From the NCBI GenBank assembly GCA_025786725.1, contig JAHLTZ010000044.1, positions 90,477 through 154,476 on the forward strand: a DNA stretch of 64,000 bases. The letters are read 5' to 3'. The DNA is from Syncephalis fuscata S228 (Eukaryota; Fungi; Zoopagomycota). Under the pieces are notes generated by a model, which worked only from the letters and a program-made list of their open reading frames with translations, searched no databases and was not told the DNA's origin. Positions 39,780 through 54,730 of this stretch are shown in pieces (positions within the stretch are counted from its first letter, which is position 1; every line of letters begins with the position of its first letter). The position numbers and the translations under genes are program-made.

Positions 39780-42172
39780 AGTGCTGGTGCTAGTGGTGTG
39801 GTGGATGATGATGATGATGATGGATATAAGTGGAGTAGGGCAGTTAAATGAAATATAGCAATAGCAGTACACTTGCACGTCAAAGTGTTGCTCTATACTG
39901 GTTATACGGCAAAGATTGTATATAGATAGTATAATGCTCTAGTGTATGATGCTACTCCTAATGCAACAACACCCCAGCCTGCTTCTTTGTACACGTTAAA
40001 GGAGCAAGATATCAACGAAAATAGTAGAGAAAGAAAAGGTAAGAAAAAAGCAGTTTAAAGAATAAACAAAACCCGCAGACAAACGAACAAACAGACGAGC
40101 AAATGAATGGATAGAGGGACGAGGTAGGTTTTAGATGGGTCGAGGATAGATGGACAAGGTAAGAAACGGCCAAAAATAAAGCTATATCTTATATGAAACG
40201 AATGGATAATGTAAAAAGAAATCGATCCGTGCGGAAATGGCTATTGTCGTACGCAATAATAAAGCACAGGTAAAATTACCGCGCACTATCCTTTGAATGG
40301 CTATGCTTGTACGTCGATGCAAGGATGGTCGCAAAAATGGTAACCGCGTGGCTATCGCTGTTTTTTTCTCGTTATATCAATACTTGTGGCGGTGAATAAG
40401 GCTCAAATAAGCCCAAACCAGTTGAAGGAAAATAGGCGAGCTCAGCGGTGCCTGTGTACCTGTGTGTGTATGTATGTGCAGGCACGTGTACACTCAATAA
40501 ATAGTCCAGGCAATGAATAGAAAGTGTAAGGCGAAACGCACAGCGTAGCACCTATCAGGGAAAAGGAAATCAAAGATATCAATGGTTGCTTGAACGAAGA
40601 AAAATAGATGGGACTATTTACGTGTTACAGCGTAAAGACAAAGGACCAGACAATAGTACACGCAATAAAGAGAAAAGAACAAGGCAGTGAACTACAGCTA
40701 CAGCAGTTTGTGTCAGACTTCTATGTTCATAGGTTAGTGGGTGTCGGCGATTGAATTGCTGATTAATAGATGGAAAAACACGGCAATAATGCCCCAATGC
40801 TATGCCGTCAATAATCAAAAAGAACAAAAAGAGAAAAAGGCCGTGAACTGAACAATAAGACACGTCACGACGATCTTTAAAAGAATAGCAATTAATTATC
40901 ATCAAGGCTAAGGGCAATACAGTGCTCGGCACTTGGCAAAGTCTCGTTATCACTTACAGCAATAGTGGTATTAATAGTTGATAAAACGATAGACACAATG
41001 ATGTGGTGTAGTTATTTAAAGGTGCAGCACCATCAGTAAAGTGATGGAACCAATAGCGAGTGTGTACTGATAGTAGTGGTAGTGGTAGTGGTAGTGGTAG
41101 AAGAACAATAAAGCACAAAGATCAATCAACAATTAAATCGGCTTATGTTTGTTGTTGTTATTGCTAATACAAATAAACAATCAGCAAGTAAAAGTAGCTG
41201 TGTTATTGTGCACAATAGACTGAAATAGAGAAAAACTAAAGAAAAGACTAAATGAAAGAATCAGGCACAAAATAAATAAAAGGAAAGAATAATGTGCTTC
41301 ATGACTATTGCGGCAAGTTACCTTGTAGTTATAGTAATAATAATACGAATTGCTATCATAAACCACCCGTAATGAATACTGGTTAGCAATGGTGTGTATA
41401 TTTTCTAACAGCTGTGCACATTGATGCAGTACGCCATAGAGCCAAGGTGGCTGTCCAACGCACGTGGTTCCATCTGCATCTCTAGATGCCATGCAGCAAT
41501 CTGTAGGATGGCCAGAATATGATTGTGTCTGTTGAAATGCATAAATGATGTATTCTTTATTATTGGCATAGGTGTTTAGGTTAAGTTACGAATTACGCTA
41601 TTTAATTAATAAAAATGCAACAATGGTGTAATACAAATGTTATGCATGAATATAGACTGTGCTATTATTAACTGTTTTATTTATACTCTTTAACGTAAAT
41701 AAATTCAATAGAAGAATTAAGCTATTTAATATTTTATAATAAGAGGATTTACGTAAATGTAAAATAGTTTTATTTTATTTTAATCAAACGAGGATTTGTT
41801 TATTTACACATTAAAGCAGTATAATTTATAAATCATTTATTACAGTAGATCTGAATGGCTATCTGCAATTATTTAACTACTCATTACACGATAAATCTAT
41901 AAGCTATCCACACTGATGTGTATAGTAATGACATTAAATTAATAAAGCTAAATATACTGTTTTACAAGTACAATGATGTAGTGTCAAGTGACTTTGCTAC
42001 CTTCAATACATTCATCACTTTACCATTGATCTATTGGCTACATCTCTTTCTAAATACTGTTGTCAATTAGTAGTTGGTAGTCATATTGCTTCATTCTACG
42101 CTTTAATAAGTTTAATTATTTTATTATAATGTTTAAGCTATTGATAATATGCGCTACTGAACAAGTACTCGG

Positions 42173-44452
42173 TTATTGCGATTGACTCTGGCTAATTTTG
42201 CGTAATTTACGGACAAGCCCGGATAGCTTCTTTGCTGCTGCTTCGTTATTGTCCTTTTCTTCTTCCGGGATACTGCGTCGATACATACTATCGTATATAT
42301 TGTTATACTCTTGGCGTAGAATAGCCTCGTGATTCACAATCTCCTTTAAATGAAATTGTAATTTCCAAACATCGGAGCTTTTCTCGTTTAGTGTTACTGC
42401 ATCGTGAGCCAGCTCATCATTAATTAATGATTTAAAATCAATACTAAACTTTGCCAATTGATTGGCTGGCTTCTTAACTATTGTGCCAAATGGCGTTGTA
42501 TTATAGTCAATCAAGAATGGATTGGCTCCCATAGCATTTGAGAATTTTATCGGCTGATCGGTAGCTGGTGATGACGATGTTTCATCCACTGTTTCTACAA
42601 ATACTTCCAACAGCGACTCACGCCGTCTTGCATTAAATACTAAGCGTAGTGTCTACGTTAAATAGCAGATGAATAAGCTCTTGTATTCTATATAAATTAC
42701 AACAAATGTTTTACCTTATCGGGGAATTTTTGTGTGGCTGCTTGAAATAGTCTAGACAGCACTTTAACACAAAGACTAAACACTTGATCGCCGGTTCGTG
42801 TATTGCCAAATAGCCGTTCATCCATCTCTTTCATTGAGATGTATTGGAATCCATACATACGGAAGGTGTTGTGATAGGCCACAAATATACCATCCATATT
42901 GCCAATACGTACTTGAAAGCTACGTTTAATTCATTAATATTGGATAGGACCAAATAAGCTATTACTTACTTGTATTTAAGCATGGGTGCTCGAACCATAT
43001 CGTAATATTCGCGCTCAAATGATTCATACAAACCAGCTAGTTGTCGAATACGATATCCTTCGTATTCCTATATTATGATTATGACAACATTGTTAGTCAC
43101 GCGATTAATTAAATATTTTGTTATTATCTACCGTATAATTTTCATAATCCATACGAATTGCCACTACAGCCCGTGTTTTTAAATCAAATGTCTTTTTGGG
43201 CAAAGACTCATCATAGCAATCCAGCTGTGACCGAAGTATAAAGTCTTCCATCTAATGACATCAATGAATGCATTAGCTTAACAGCTTATTGATACGTGTT
43301 GTTATTATTACTTTTGCATAGTTATAACTCAGTGGTTCAACAATTTCATTTGAATTCGATCCATTGGTAATTGAATATTTAGCATAATCCTCCGGGGTAT
43401 GTGTAAGAAATCGCTCCAATGAGTGTCCCTATCACATCGTTAATAATTGCTTTAGATAATGTCATATCGTAATAACTTACAAGACTCGTCAGTATAGTTT
43501 CCTTTTTAAATGCATCATCAGAGTCCAAAGCATGAACACCATCTTTCCATTTCAACATAATTGACATGGGTGCTGTAGTTAGTCTAGTAAAGTTTCTAGG
43601 CTATTTATGCTTAATAATAAATCATGAATGTAGTAACTAACTTACTTCATCAGCAAAATCCTTTGATAAATCTGACATTTGTGCCTGTTTCCATTGCGAG
43701 ATTACAAAATAGATTTGAGATAGGGCACTAGTCATTGAAGAAGTAGATGCTACGAATCTCTTTTTATGGTCAAGTGCTAGTTGTCGTAATGTCTATTAAC
43801 GTATATTATTATCCATCTATGGTTAGACAATCGTTCACTTACCGTGTCACTTGATGGTTTTATAAACGGATTAATCATATTATAGTTGAAATCAGATTGA
43901 GGTGGAATAGATTCTAGAAATTGGCTATAATTATATAAACTTGTTTTGGGATCTTGTAAAAAGCAGACACCTTTTCTGAAGGAGAGCTGTTAAACAGTGT
44001 AAGTGTATATTTATAGTTACCACTTACTTGGACAATACACCTTCAAGTCCATGGGCCAGACGTGGTATTTCATGCTTGTTTAATGGTGTTACCGCTAATC
44101 AATAATCAGTATTAATTAATATTACATTAAACTACTTACGACGATAAGTATATGGTAAAGCCGATATTAGTTCAATTCGCTCAATACCTTGCGCATCTCT
44201 TGATTGAGACGTCGAATATGCCGCTATATTGTCATTGTCATTATTGTCATTTTCAATGGCGCGCCGTTTTTCTATTTGCTCAACAAATTGTGGCTTTTTC
44301 AGTTGTGGTATTGACTCTTCAATTAGATAGCTATTATTGCTGTGGTTGTTGGCACGCCGACTTTCTATTCGTTGGCGTAGATTACCAAACCAAGCGCGCT
44401 GTTGACATGTCTTTCCCGTAAAGGGGCGGCAGGTGCGAAGTGCTGTATACAT
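42173..44452 (-). CDS. PET127: Mitochondrial RNA-processing protein Pet127, multi-exon
   Basis: Motifs LAHGLEGVL, ASTSSMTSALSQIYF, LRSQLDC, TFDLKTRAV, FEREYYDMVR and QVRIGNMDGIFVAYHN; Arg-rich presequence-like N-terminus. Confidence 0.9.
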
Positions 44453-45314
44453 TGTCTACAAGCAGTCTACCGCTGGTTACCACGCCAATATAAAGTTAAA
44501 CGTCGTGATCGTCAATGGTAGGAAAGCTGTGTAAAAAATATTGAAAAAAGATAAAAAAAATAAGCGGCGATATTAGTTACTGGTGTTTGTGTAATTCCAT
44601 TGCTTGCTTCTATTGTATGGAGTTTAAAACCTTTTAGTATGTGAATAGCATTTAATATACCAAAGTAAGACTAGTAGAATAGAATAAGCATAGTTTTTTT
44701 CAATAGATAGACTAACTATTGCATTGCTGTAATAACAATTATTTGTAAAAATGATATATAAAGAATGTATTATTTACAATAGATTATTAATAAATAGCTT
44801 TTATATAATATATCATTAATTAATAGTAATAGTAGGATATTGATTATAGTAATCATATATATAGATATATATACTATGTATACTAATATGCTACTTGTTA
44901 CTAATGACTATACAGCAATCAAGAATATGTATGTGTTTATGTACATTCAATTTCTTGACTGTGTTCGATATACACGTATTAAATATAAACCACGGTGTTT
45001 CTTATTGTAATAAAGAACAGTTTCAATTACCAATAACTTTATAATATAATTATACAGAATCGATATCCATACTAATATGAATGGAAATACGTAAAATGAC
45101 TCAGACGTGATTATTCGTGAGCTGCTTTGTATCAATAAAAACACGCCCGCGTTTTTTATTTGTTGCTGTCCTTTTTACTATTGCTATTGTCGTGTTCTCA
45201 GCTTACACAAGCACACTTATCGTGTCTTCATACAATTTACTATTGAATGCTTACTAAACACGCTACGCCTACTATTTCTACTCTAGCTTATTAAATATAG
45301 GCCTCTATTGAACA

Positions 45315-48300
45315 ATGACACAAGATTCTGACTTCGACATGGATGTTTCTGATTATGCAGGCTCAGACGATGATTTCACTGCTGGATCGTCGAGCAAGGT
45401 ACGTAATAGCGTGTCATTTGAATAACTGGCCAATACTCGTTCATAGCCTGCAGCCAAGAAAGCCAAGACCACGGCCAAGAAAGCGACGACGACCAAGAAA
45501 GCCGCTAATGCTGCACCACGTCCACGGGCCAAACCAGGACCGAAAGGTAAAAAAGACGCTACGCAAAACGGTGACCACGACGACGAAGCGCCAGAACGGT
45601 CAAATACACCACTTGGTGCCAGTACTTCAACCAACAATGGCACTGATGGTCGTGCTATTGAAGATATATATCAAAAGAAGACACAGCTAGAACATATTCT
45701 ACTTCGACCAGATACGTATATCGGTGCGATAGAAACCATTCAACAGCAGCTTTGGGTATTTGATTCCACCACCAATACTATGGTTCAGCGTAACCTTAGT
45801 ATTGTGCCTGGTTTCTATAAAATTGTTGATGAAATTCTAGTCAATGCTGCTGATAACAAGGTAATGGAAGCGTTAATAAAACATTATAGACTTGGTATTA
45901 ACGATGGTCTGTATAGATCCGTGATCCTAATATGGATACTATCAAAGTGACTATTAGTCGAGAAGACAACGAGATATCTGTTTATAACAATGGACACGGT
46001 ATTCCAATTGAAATGCATAAAGAAGAGAAGGTCTATGTGCCCGAGCTGATCTTTGGTCATTTATTGACATCGAGCAATTACAACGACGACCAAAAGAAAG
46101 TAACTGGTGGTCGGAATGGTTATGGTGCCAAGTTATGTAATATCTTTAGTACGCAGTTCATAGTAGAGACAGCCGATAAAGTGAACAAGTACAAACAGCA
46201 ATTCAACAATAACATGAGTCAGATTGGCAAGCCACGTATCAGTGCCAATCCGCGTAAAGAAGAATATACGAAGATTACATTTAAGCCAGATCTGGCCAAG
46301 TTTGGCATGGAAGCAATTGATGATGACATTGAAGCATTGCTTAAAAAGCGTGTTTATGACATGGCAGGAACAGTGGCTGATGTTAAAGTATTTCTTAATG
46401 GAGAAAGAATTAAGATTAAGAACTTTAAGCAATACGTTGAACTGTACACAAATACTGGCAATGCTGAAACAAAGCCAACCATTATCCATCAAATTGTAAA
46501 TCAACGATGGGAGGTTGCCTTTACCGTTAGCGATGGTCAATTCCAACAAGTAAGTAGATGAACAAGATTGATAGGCCATCATAATGATAGTAATAATAAC
46601 CTGTACGTGGTCTAGGTAAGCTTTGTTAATGGTATTTCAACGGCCAAAGGTGGCACCCATGTCAATTATGTAGCCGATCAAATTGTCAATAAACTAGTCG
46701 ATGCCGTAAAGAAGAAGAATAAAGCAGCACCGGTCAAGCCATTCCAAGTAAAGAGTCACATGTGGGTTTTTGTCAATTGTTTAATTGAAAATCCAGCATT
46801 CGATTCTCAAACCAAAGAGAATATGACGCTACGAGCAAGTGCATTTGGATCAAAGTGTGATATGCCCGAAGACTTTATTAAAAAGAGTAAGTATTAATTA
46901 GTGGTATTTAATCCACTCATACTAATAGCCATATTGATATTGATTAGTAATGAAATCCGGTGTTGTTGAGAATGTTTTAAGTTGGGCCAAATTTAAACAA
47001 GACCAGCAGTTGAAGAAGACCGATGGACATAAAAGATCACGTATTTCAGGCATTGTTAAACTGGAAGATGCCAATAATGCCGGTTCACGTAACGGTCATC
47101 GGTGCACACTTATTCTAACTGAAGGAGATTCTGCCAAAGCATTGGCCGTATCTGGCCTAAGTGTTATCGGACGTGATAACTTTGGTGTGTTCCCGTTAAG
47201 AGGAAAGCTGTTAAATGTACGAGATGCAGCCCATACACAAATCATGAATAATGTTGAAATCAATCAAGTAAACAAATTCTTGGTCTACAACACGGAAAAG
47301 CGTATGAATCGACAGAAACACTACGTTACGGCCATTTAATGATTATGACAGATCAGGATCATGATGGATCTCATATTAAAGGGTTAATTATTAACTTTTT
47401 TGATCACTTCTTCCCGTCACTATTGCGTCTACCGGGATTCTTGATTGAGTTTATTACACCTATTGTAAAGGTCGGTGGTAGTTTGTATTTGTATTTATTG
47501 TAAATACTAATGAATGTAAGTGTATCTATAGGCTACTAGAGGAAAACGAGAAATGTCATTCTTTACTATTCCTGAATATGAATCATGGAAAGAGGAAAAT
47601 GACAATGGTAAAGGCTGGACAATTAAATACTACAAAGTACGTCAATCCATAATGTAGCATATTGCATATTACTTATAACATATATATTATTATTATTACT
47701 ATTATTAAATAGGGTCTGGGTACAAGTACTTCCTTGGATGCAAAGAAATACTTCTCTAATATGAATATTCATCGTAAACCGTTTAAAGTAATGGATGAAG
47801 AGGAGAGACCGCTTATTGACATGGCATTTAATAAAAAGAAGGCCGATGACCGTAAAGAGTGGCTGCGTAACTTTAAACCTGGCACATATATGGATCATAA
47901 CGTTGAAGAGATCCCTATTGCCGACTTTATTAATAAGGAGCTGGTACTATTTAGTATGGCCGACAATGCTCGTTCTATTCCATCAATGATGGATGGTCTT
48001 AAACCCGGTCAGCGTAAAGTGTTGTATGCATGCTTTAAACGCAAACTTAAGAACGAAATCAAAGTGGCCCAATTAATTGGTTATGTATCAGAGAATACTG
48101 CCTATCATCATGGTGAACAGAGTTTAACGTCCACTATTATCGGTATGGCCCAGAACTTTGTCGGTAGTAACAACTGTAACTTGTTGGCTCCTATCGGTCA
48201 ATTCGGTACTCGTTTGCAAGGTGGTAAAGATGCGGCCAGTGCTCGTTACATCTATACTTCATTGCAAAATATTGCACGCACTCTATTCCATGCCGCCGAT

Positions 48301-50607
48301 GATCAACTATTGAACTATCTAAACGATGACGGTCAAATGATTGAACCTGAATGGTAAGTAGTTATCTATTAGGTTTACTGGTATATTAATATATATATAT
48401 ATATATATTATGTGTGTGTAGGTATATACCAGTGTTACCACTTGTATTGGTTAATGGATCAGAGGGTATTGGTACAGGTAAATGAACTATATAATACTCT
48501 ACAGTATACTATATTAATATATTATAAATAGGATGGAGTTCATATGTACCGAACTATAATCCAAAGGATATTGTCGACAATCTATTCCGAATGATGGATG
48601 GACAAGAAATGGAACCAATGCATCCATGGTATCATGGATTCGAGGTAATTGCTATTAATTAATATAAATAGATAGATAGATAGATACTTTATACTTATAG
48701 GGAACTATTGAACGCGTTGAAGATAAATACAAGGTTACGGGCAAGATTGAGAAGATTGATGATAACACGTTGGAGATTACTGAATTACCTATTCGTACTT
48801 GGACACAAAGTTATAAAGAACAATTAGAAAGTTGGTTAACAGGAACTGATAAATCACCGGCCTTTATTAAAGTAAGAAATTAACACAATATAGTATAATA
48901 TGTTAATTTATGTGGCTAATACAATTAATGAATAGGATTATAAAGAATACCATACGGATACTAAAGTGCATTTTATTATTAAATTAACCGATGAGAATAT
49001 GAGAAAGGCCGAAGCAGAAGGATTAGAGAAACGATTCAAGATATTCACGCCTATATCGACTACCAATATGGTCTGTTTTGATAGTGAAAACCGTATTAAG
49101 CGTTATAATAGCCCAGAAGAAATTCTACAAGAGTTTTATAATATACGTCTTGTCTATTATCAACGACGCAAGGTATGTCTATCATATTTATATTTATATT
49201 TATATCCATATCTATATCTATATCTACAATAGTTACTAATTACATCGTGTATAATATGTAATATAGGAATGGTTAACTAATCAATTGACCAATGAATGGA
49301 CCAAATTAGATAATCGTGTACGATTTATTCTTGAAATCATTCAAGGAAAATTAATTGTTCAAAATCGTAAACGAAATGTTATTTTGGATGATTTACGCAA
49401 ACGTGGATATACGGCATTTCCTAAACACGTGGAAGCAAAAATGGCAGGAACGACTGACGCTGGTAACAGTGACAATGACGATGATGATGACAACAACAGT
49501 GGCAGTGGCAAGGACCATGGCTATGACTATCTACTTTCTATGGCCATTTGGACGTTGACTGAAGAAAAGGTTGAAAAGTTGAAGAAGGATTTGGCAGAGA
49601 AGCAACGAGAACTAGACCTGCTATTAAAGAAAGATACTAAAGCTATTTGGCGTGAAGATCTTGATGGCTTCTTGGCTGAATGGGAGGTGAGTAATCATGG
49701 AGGACTATAATAGACCAGGGGCTATAGACTAATTATACTATTTATAGTCATTTATAGGCAGTTATGCCAGTGATAATAAACAAACAGTAAAGCCCAAGGC
49801 TTGGAATAAAGGAAAACGTTCTGCTCGAAAGGATTCCGACGATGATGATGATTATGCTGCAAAACAAGGTAATTGACACCAATATTAATAGTATAAATAC
49901 TAATATACTATTTAGTAAAACGTAAACCTGCAGCACCTAGAAAGAAAGAAGCTACAGCCACCGCAACCACCTCGGCAACATCATCTACCGCCAAATTACA
50001 GCAAACATTAAGTAAGTAGATATCTAGTAGGATTAATAATTATATTTATCTAACTATATTTTGACAGCCGATACATTTAAACCAGTAGCAGTGGAAAAGA
50101 CGGCCAACAAGACCGCGTCTGTTATACAAGGTAATTAAAGTGTAATTAATTAATTTATATTAATTAACAATAATATTTACAGAAGTAGATGAAAATAGTT
50201 TATCATTAAACGAGCGTCTAGATCGCTTATTGGCTAAAAAGAAGCAAGAAGCAGCAGCAGCAGGTCCATCAACTAGTGTTGGTAAGTAACAACCATATGT
50301 ATATATTAATATATAGTATTAATATGTTAACATTTAATATTTAATAGCAAAACCGGTAAAGAAATCCATTAATAAGCCAAAATCTAAAACACCCGTACAA
50401 GAAGCGATAACAACATTATCGGCATCTGACTCTGATGCATCACCACTTCCTGTGGCCAGACGAGCAGCACGTCAAACACGTAAAATACAAGCTTATATGG
50501 AAATCGATGACGATGACGATGACGATGTTGATACGGCCAACACAACTATACAATCTGCAGTGACGGACGATGTGTTTATGGCTAGTGATAATGACAGTGA
50601 ATTCTAA
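45315..50607 (+). CDS. TOP2: DNA topoisomerase II, multi-exon
   Basis: Motifs EHILLRPDTYIG, GGRNGYGAKL, EGDSA, PLRGK, IMTDQDHDGSH, DGLKPGQRK and catalytic ASARYIYT. One A is missing at ~47270-47272. Confidence 0.97.
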
Positions 50608-50682
50608 TTAAAGGGGATTGATAACAATTTAATTATTTTGTTTCTATTTGTCTATTCATTCTACTTTCCTGTTTTGTTTAAC

Positions 50683-52714
50683 ATGAAGCTATTTAATTCA
50701 TTGGATAGTATTTTGTTACTGTTCTATTTTGTATTGGTCAAAGCGGATACATTCGATGAACAGCTCGTTATTCGTCCGCTTGAAGATGGCCGTGTATTAA
50801 CGCACTTTCAATTCACTATTAGTTCATCTAGTGATGAGTTGTCAATGCATAGCCATAACCGTAGCCATAACTATTTATTTCCACCAACTATGTCGCAGAT
50901 TGTAGAAGAGTACGGTGTTGAAGAACTACGTCTATCGTTAACCCAAGGTACTTGGATGGCTAACCGGTGGAATTATCCAGTAGCGGGCAAGGAGAGTGCT
51001 GGGTCAGGAGCGGAATTATGGGCTCAATTACGCGTTGACCACTCACCCAAGACCACTGGCCATAGTGTCGATAGTGTCGGTAGTGTAGATCAACGGTGGC
51101 GTGGTCTTACGCATGCTATGGCCGGTGTATTTTGTGCTTCATTAAATTTTATTGATAAAACACATACGGTGGTGCCACAACTATCGTTTAAACGACGTGC
51201 CAATTCAGGTAATGGACAGATAAATCATCTAATTTGCTGTATATTAATAGCCAACTATGTATGTAGAGTTACGTTATGGTTTATTACCACGAGAAAGTGT
51301 TTGTACAGAGAATCTAACCCCGTGGATTAAACAGCTACCCTGTCAATCAAAGGTAGGTGGATTTAATAAAAGTGTAAATGTATTGATATGTATAAATATA
51401 AATATGTGTGTGTGTGTATTTAGACGGGTCTAGCCAATTTGTTGAATACACATCGTATTTACAAATCAAATTACCATTCAATGATTGTACATATTCAACG
51501 ATTAAATAATGGAGAAATGGAAATACGCCAAACAGTTATATCTGTACTAGAACCAACCCATCGTAATTCAGCAGAAGGTAATCTATTATACAGTATGATA
51601 ACTAGTAAGTATTAATTATATCAACATGGTTATTTATTTAGTTGGTTGGTCATTATGGCCATCTCTTGAACGCTATTTACCAACCAGTTGTCCATTGGCT
51701 CGTCAAAGTCGAGTAATTCTTCATCTATTGGGTGATCATAGTGGCTCTCCTACTGTCAGTCCAACTGAACTAACCAACATTGGCAATGATACAATGGCTA
51801 TCTATGATCTTGTTAATGATAAGCGTATTAACACGGATATTGGATTTACACGTAATACAACCTATAATGGTAAGTAGAATAAAATTAGATATAATATATG
51901 GTGTATTAAGCTATAACTGTAGTAAAAGCAGATCCACTTATTACATTTCATCGACGATTAGCTGGTAAGTAGAAGTATATATGTATATATGTATATATAT
52001 TTGTATATAGATTGTTAGTTTGTTAGTTAATGATTAATCTATTATAGATGGTAGCAGTACAGATCATGGTAGTTTAGTATTTGAAATCAATAATAGAGCT
52101 GAATCATCGGCCGAAGTATCTTTATTACAAGTTACACCTTGGTATATGAAGTTATTTGCGCATACATTAAAGATTGATAGTACTGATCCATCGTCAAGTC
52201 ATCAAGGTATTTATATAGATATATATATATATACTTATATACTTATATACTTATTGATTATAGATATATTAAGCAATGGCATTATCAACCTGCTGCCGAT
52301 AGACGTCGATCGACTATATTAGAGCTAAAACTTACTATACCAGCCTTGTCTACTACACGGCTAGTTATTTCTTTCCGTAAACTATTTCTACGATACACCG
52401 AGTATCCGCCCGATGCCAATCATGGATTTGATATTGGTCCAGCGGTATTAACGGTAGAGACATTTGAGGAAGCAAGGTAACAAATATAAAGCATATGATT
52501 AGTAGAATGGATATTAACATTTGGAATGAATAGTCATTTGGAAGGAGCAAGATTGTATACGACGCCCTTTTTATTAAGCTCTCCTTTGCCTGACTTTAGT
52601 ATGCCGTATAATGTCATTACATTAACCTGCACTATTATTGCGCTATTCTTTGGATCCATGTTCAATCTACTAACACGTAATTTTGAACCGATTCGTTGGC
52701 GCAAAAGGGACTAA
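50683..52714 (+). CDS. GPI16: GPI transamidase subunit Gpi16/PIG-T, multi-exon
   Basis: Signal peptide; motifs [51 protein letters not shown] and [15 protein letters not shown]. Confidence 0.93.
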
Positions 52715-52721
52715 GTGTAGG

Positions 52722-53835
52722 CTAGTTCTTGGAACGAACCAATTGACTAACCGAGTAACTACTTCCCGCAATCTAGAAATAAAACATTGTTATTATTAAT
52801 TACTACAAATAGCTTAACTTACCTTTCTAATAAAGCATTTAGCAGATGCAGGTAACATAGCAAACAAGTGGCCGAGATTACTGCCCCATGGCATGTATAA
52901 ATCGATATTAGCGCCCTTTTCAATAGTTTCAATCATACCGATAGACAGATCGATAGGTGAAAGTGTAGGTAGTAGGAATGTATTTGCCGGTAGAAGCATG
53001 TTAAACATGGCCGTTGACAAATGGCCAGGACATACGAGTGTTGTGCGTACTTTGGTATTCATCATATACAATTCGTGTTGTAGTGCATCATGGAAGATGA
53101 TAGCACCGCTCTTGCTTGAACTGTACGCTGTAAGACCACCGGAGCCGATACAGCCCAGTAACGAGGCAACGGTAACGATATGGCCACGATCCGCCTCTAG
53201 CATATCGGGCAGAAACTCACGTACTGTCCAAAAATGTGAAATAATATTTACTTCAAAGGTCTGACGTATTTTATCCGGTTCAATTTCCAGAATTGGCCCT
53301 GGATAAACAACACCAGCATTGTTGATAAGAATGGTCGGTGTGCCTATTTCTTCACGGATTCGATTGGCCACCGTTTTAATCATATCTGGATCACGTAGAT
53401 CACATTTATAAGAACGGATATTGTTCATATGAGACTTGGTCTCATTGATGTCTAGAATGGCGACATCGGCACCACGTAAAGCAAGGCCCTCCGCCAAACA
53501 GTTACCCAGACCGCTAGCGCCTATGGCAGTGCTGGTTGGTTATCTCTATAGCTATACTATGGTGGTTGACCCTTACCTCCAGTAATGACGACCACTTGGT
53601 CCTTCCAATCAATACGGCCTTTTGGGCGAAGCACATAAGCAATGCCGTAAACGGCGAGTAGGAAAGCCGTATAATAAAGGAAGAAAAGGGTTAAAGGGTG
53701 CTGCCAAGACAACTCGAAAGCCTTTACAGCAATAATGCCTACAAAACCAAACGCGTAGTGGAACACGCTTGTTTTTAATACATGTACAATAAGGTCAACA
53801 TTGACCTTAGCGTTACCCGTATGATCGTGCGACAT
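52722..53835 (-). CDS. Short-chain dehydrogenase/reductase (RDH10/17bHSD11/Tda5-like), 3 exons
   Basis: VVVITGG|ASGLG, ILINNAG and YSSSK motifs; hydrophobic N-terminus; last exon IAGSSYSVSQLVRSKN*. Confidence 0.9.
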
Positions 53836-54279
53836 AGTGAATAAAGATATCAATAGTAAATAAATGGATTAAAATACGATGATTTGTTATCTGCTAGCTA
53901 AACTGAATAACGCTAGACGTGGGTAGATAGGTGGCTGGTTGGTTATTGTTATTAGAAAAAAAGACAGACAACAACCATCGAGACGGTTGATTCACACGCA
54001 TAAATAGATATTATCCATAATTTCCTTTTTAAGATAATAAAATCCCCACACATGCGTAAATAGATATTCCATCACAGATGTGTTTGTGTATCAATGCTTT
54101 CAACAGGAAACGTGTTTATTACAGGTTTATTTTACCGGTTTTGTTTGTTAATAATAATAACAGTCATGGAATATCATGAATGTCAATGATATCGTTGTCA
54201 TCATCACCATTATTCTATTAAGAGGGTAGGGTGATTTTAATGAGAATTCTATGGTGTGACAATAAACTGTTTCATAGTA

Positions 54280-54730
54280 CATATTTAAGTATCCCGCATG
54301 CATATATATTTTATCCATCTATATCAACCAGGTAGTACTGCGTTATTTCTATTTACATTGTCTTTATTTCTAGTATTTCTTTATACTTTGATATTGATTT
54401 ATTATACCTTAAACATATTTTATTTTATTACTATCAAAATTATAATAAAGACTTAAAAGTTTATAGTACTTGAATCATTTACTAGCTCAGTGCATATAAC
54501 TCAATAAATGAAATGAATGTGTATTGAAGATTATAATAAATAAAATACGTCTAATCTATCATATATTGATATATAACGATATGAGTATGCAGTGGAGTGA
54601 TATGAATAAATGAGGATATATGCATACTAGATCATTAATTTATGATTACAAGTATTTGATGATTGATGTCATTCACTACTCGCCATCATGTTCAATAAAT
54701 TGAATGCTATTAATTGTAATCATTTAACCA
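54280..54730. repeat. Degenerate family B element
   Basis: 54610-54700 reads gaggatatatgcatactagat...gatgtcattcac...catgttcaata; a partial inverted arm tatcccgcatgcatatat lies near 54290. Confidence 0.65.

Noticed and set aside
45090-45156. TGACTCA and CGCG (MCB/E2F-like) sites upstream of TOP2
   Set aside because: Short single motifs are expected by chance and cannot be supported without conservation data.
47260-47290. TOP2, RPS24 or IDO as pseudogenes or programmed frameshifts
   Set aside because: Isolated single-base losses in homopolymers of otherwise intact conserved genes are best explained by sequencing error.
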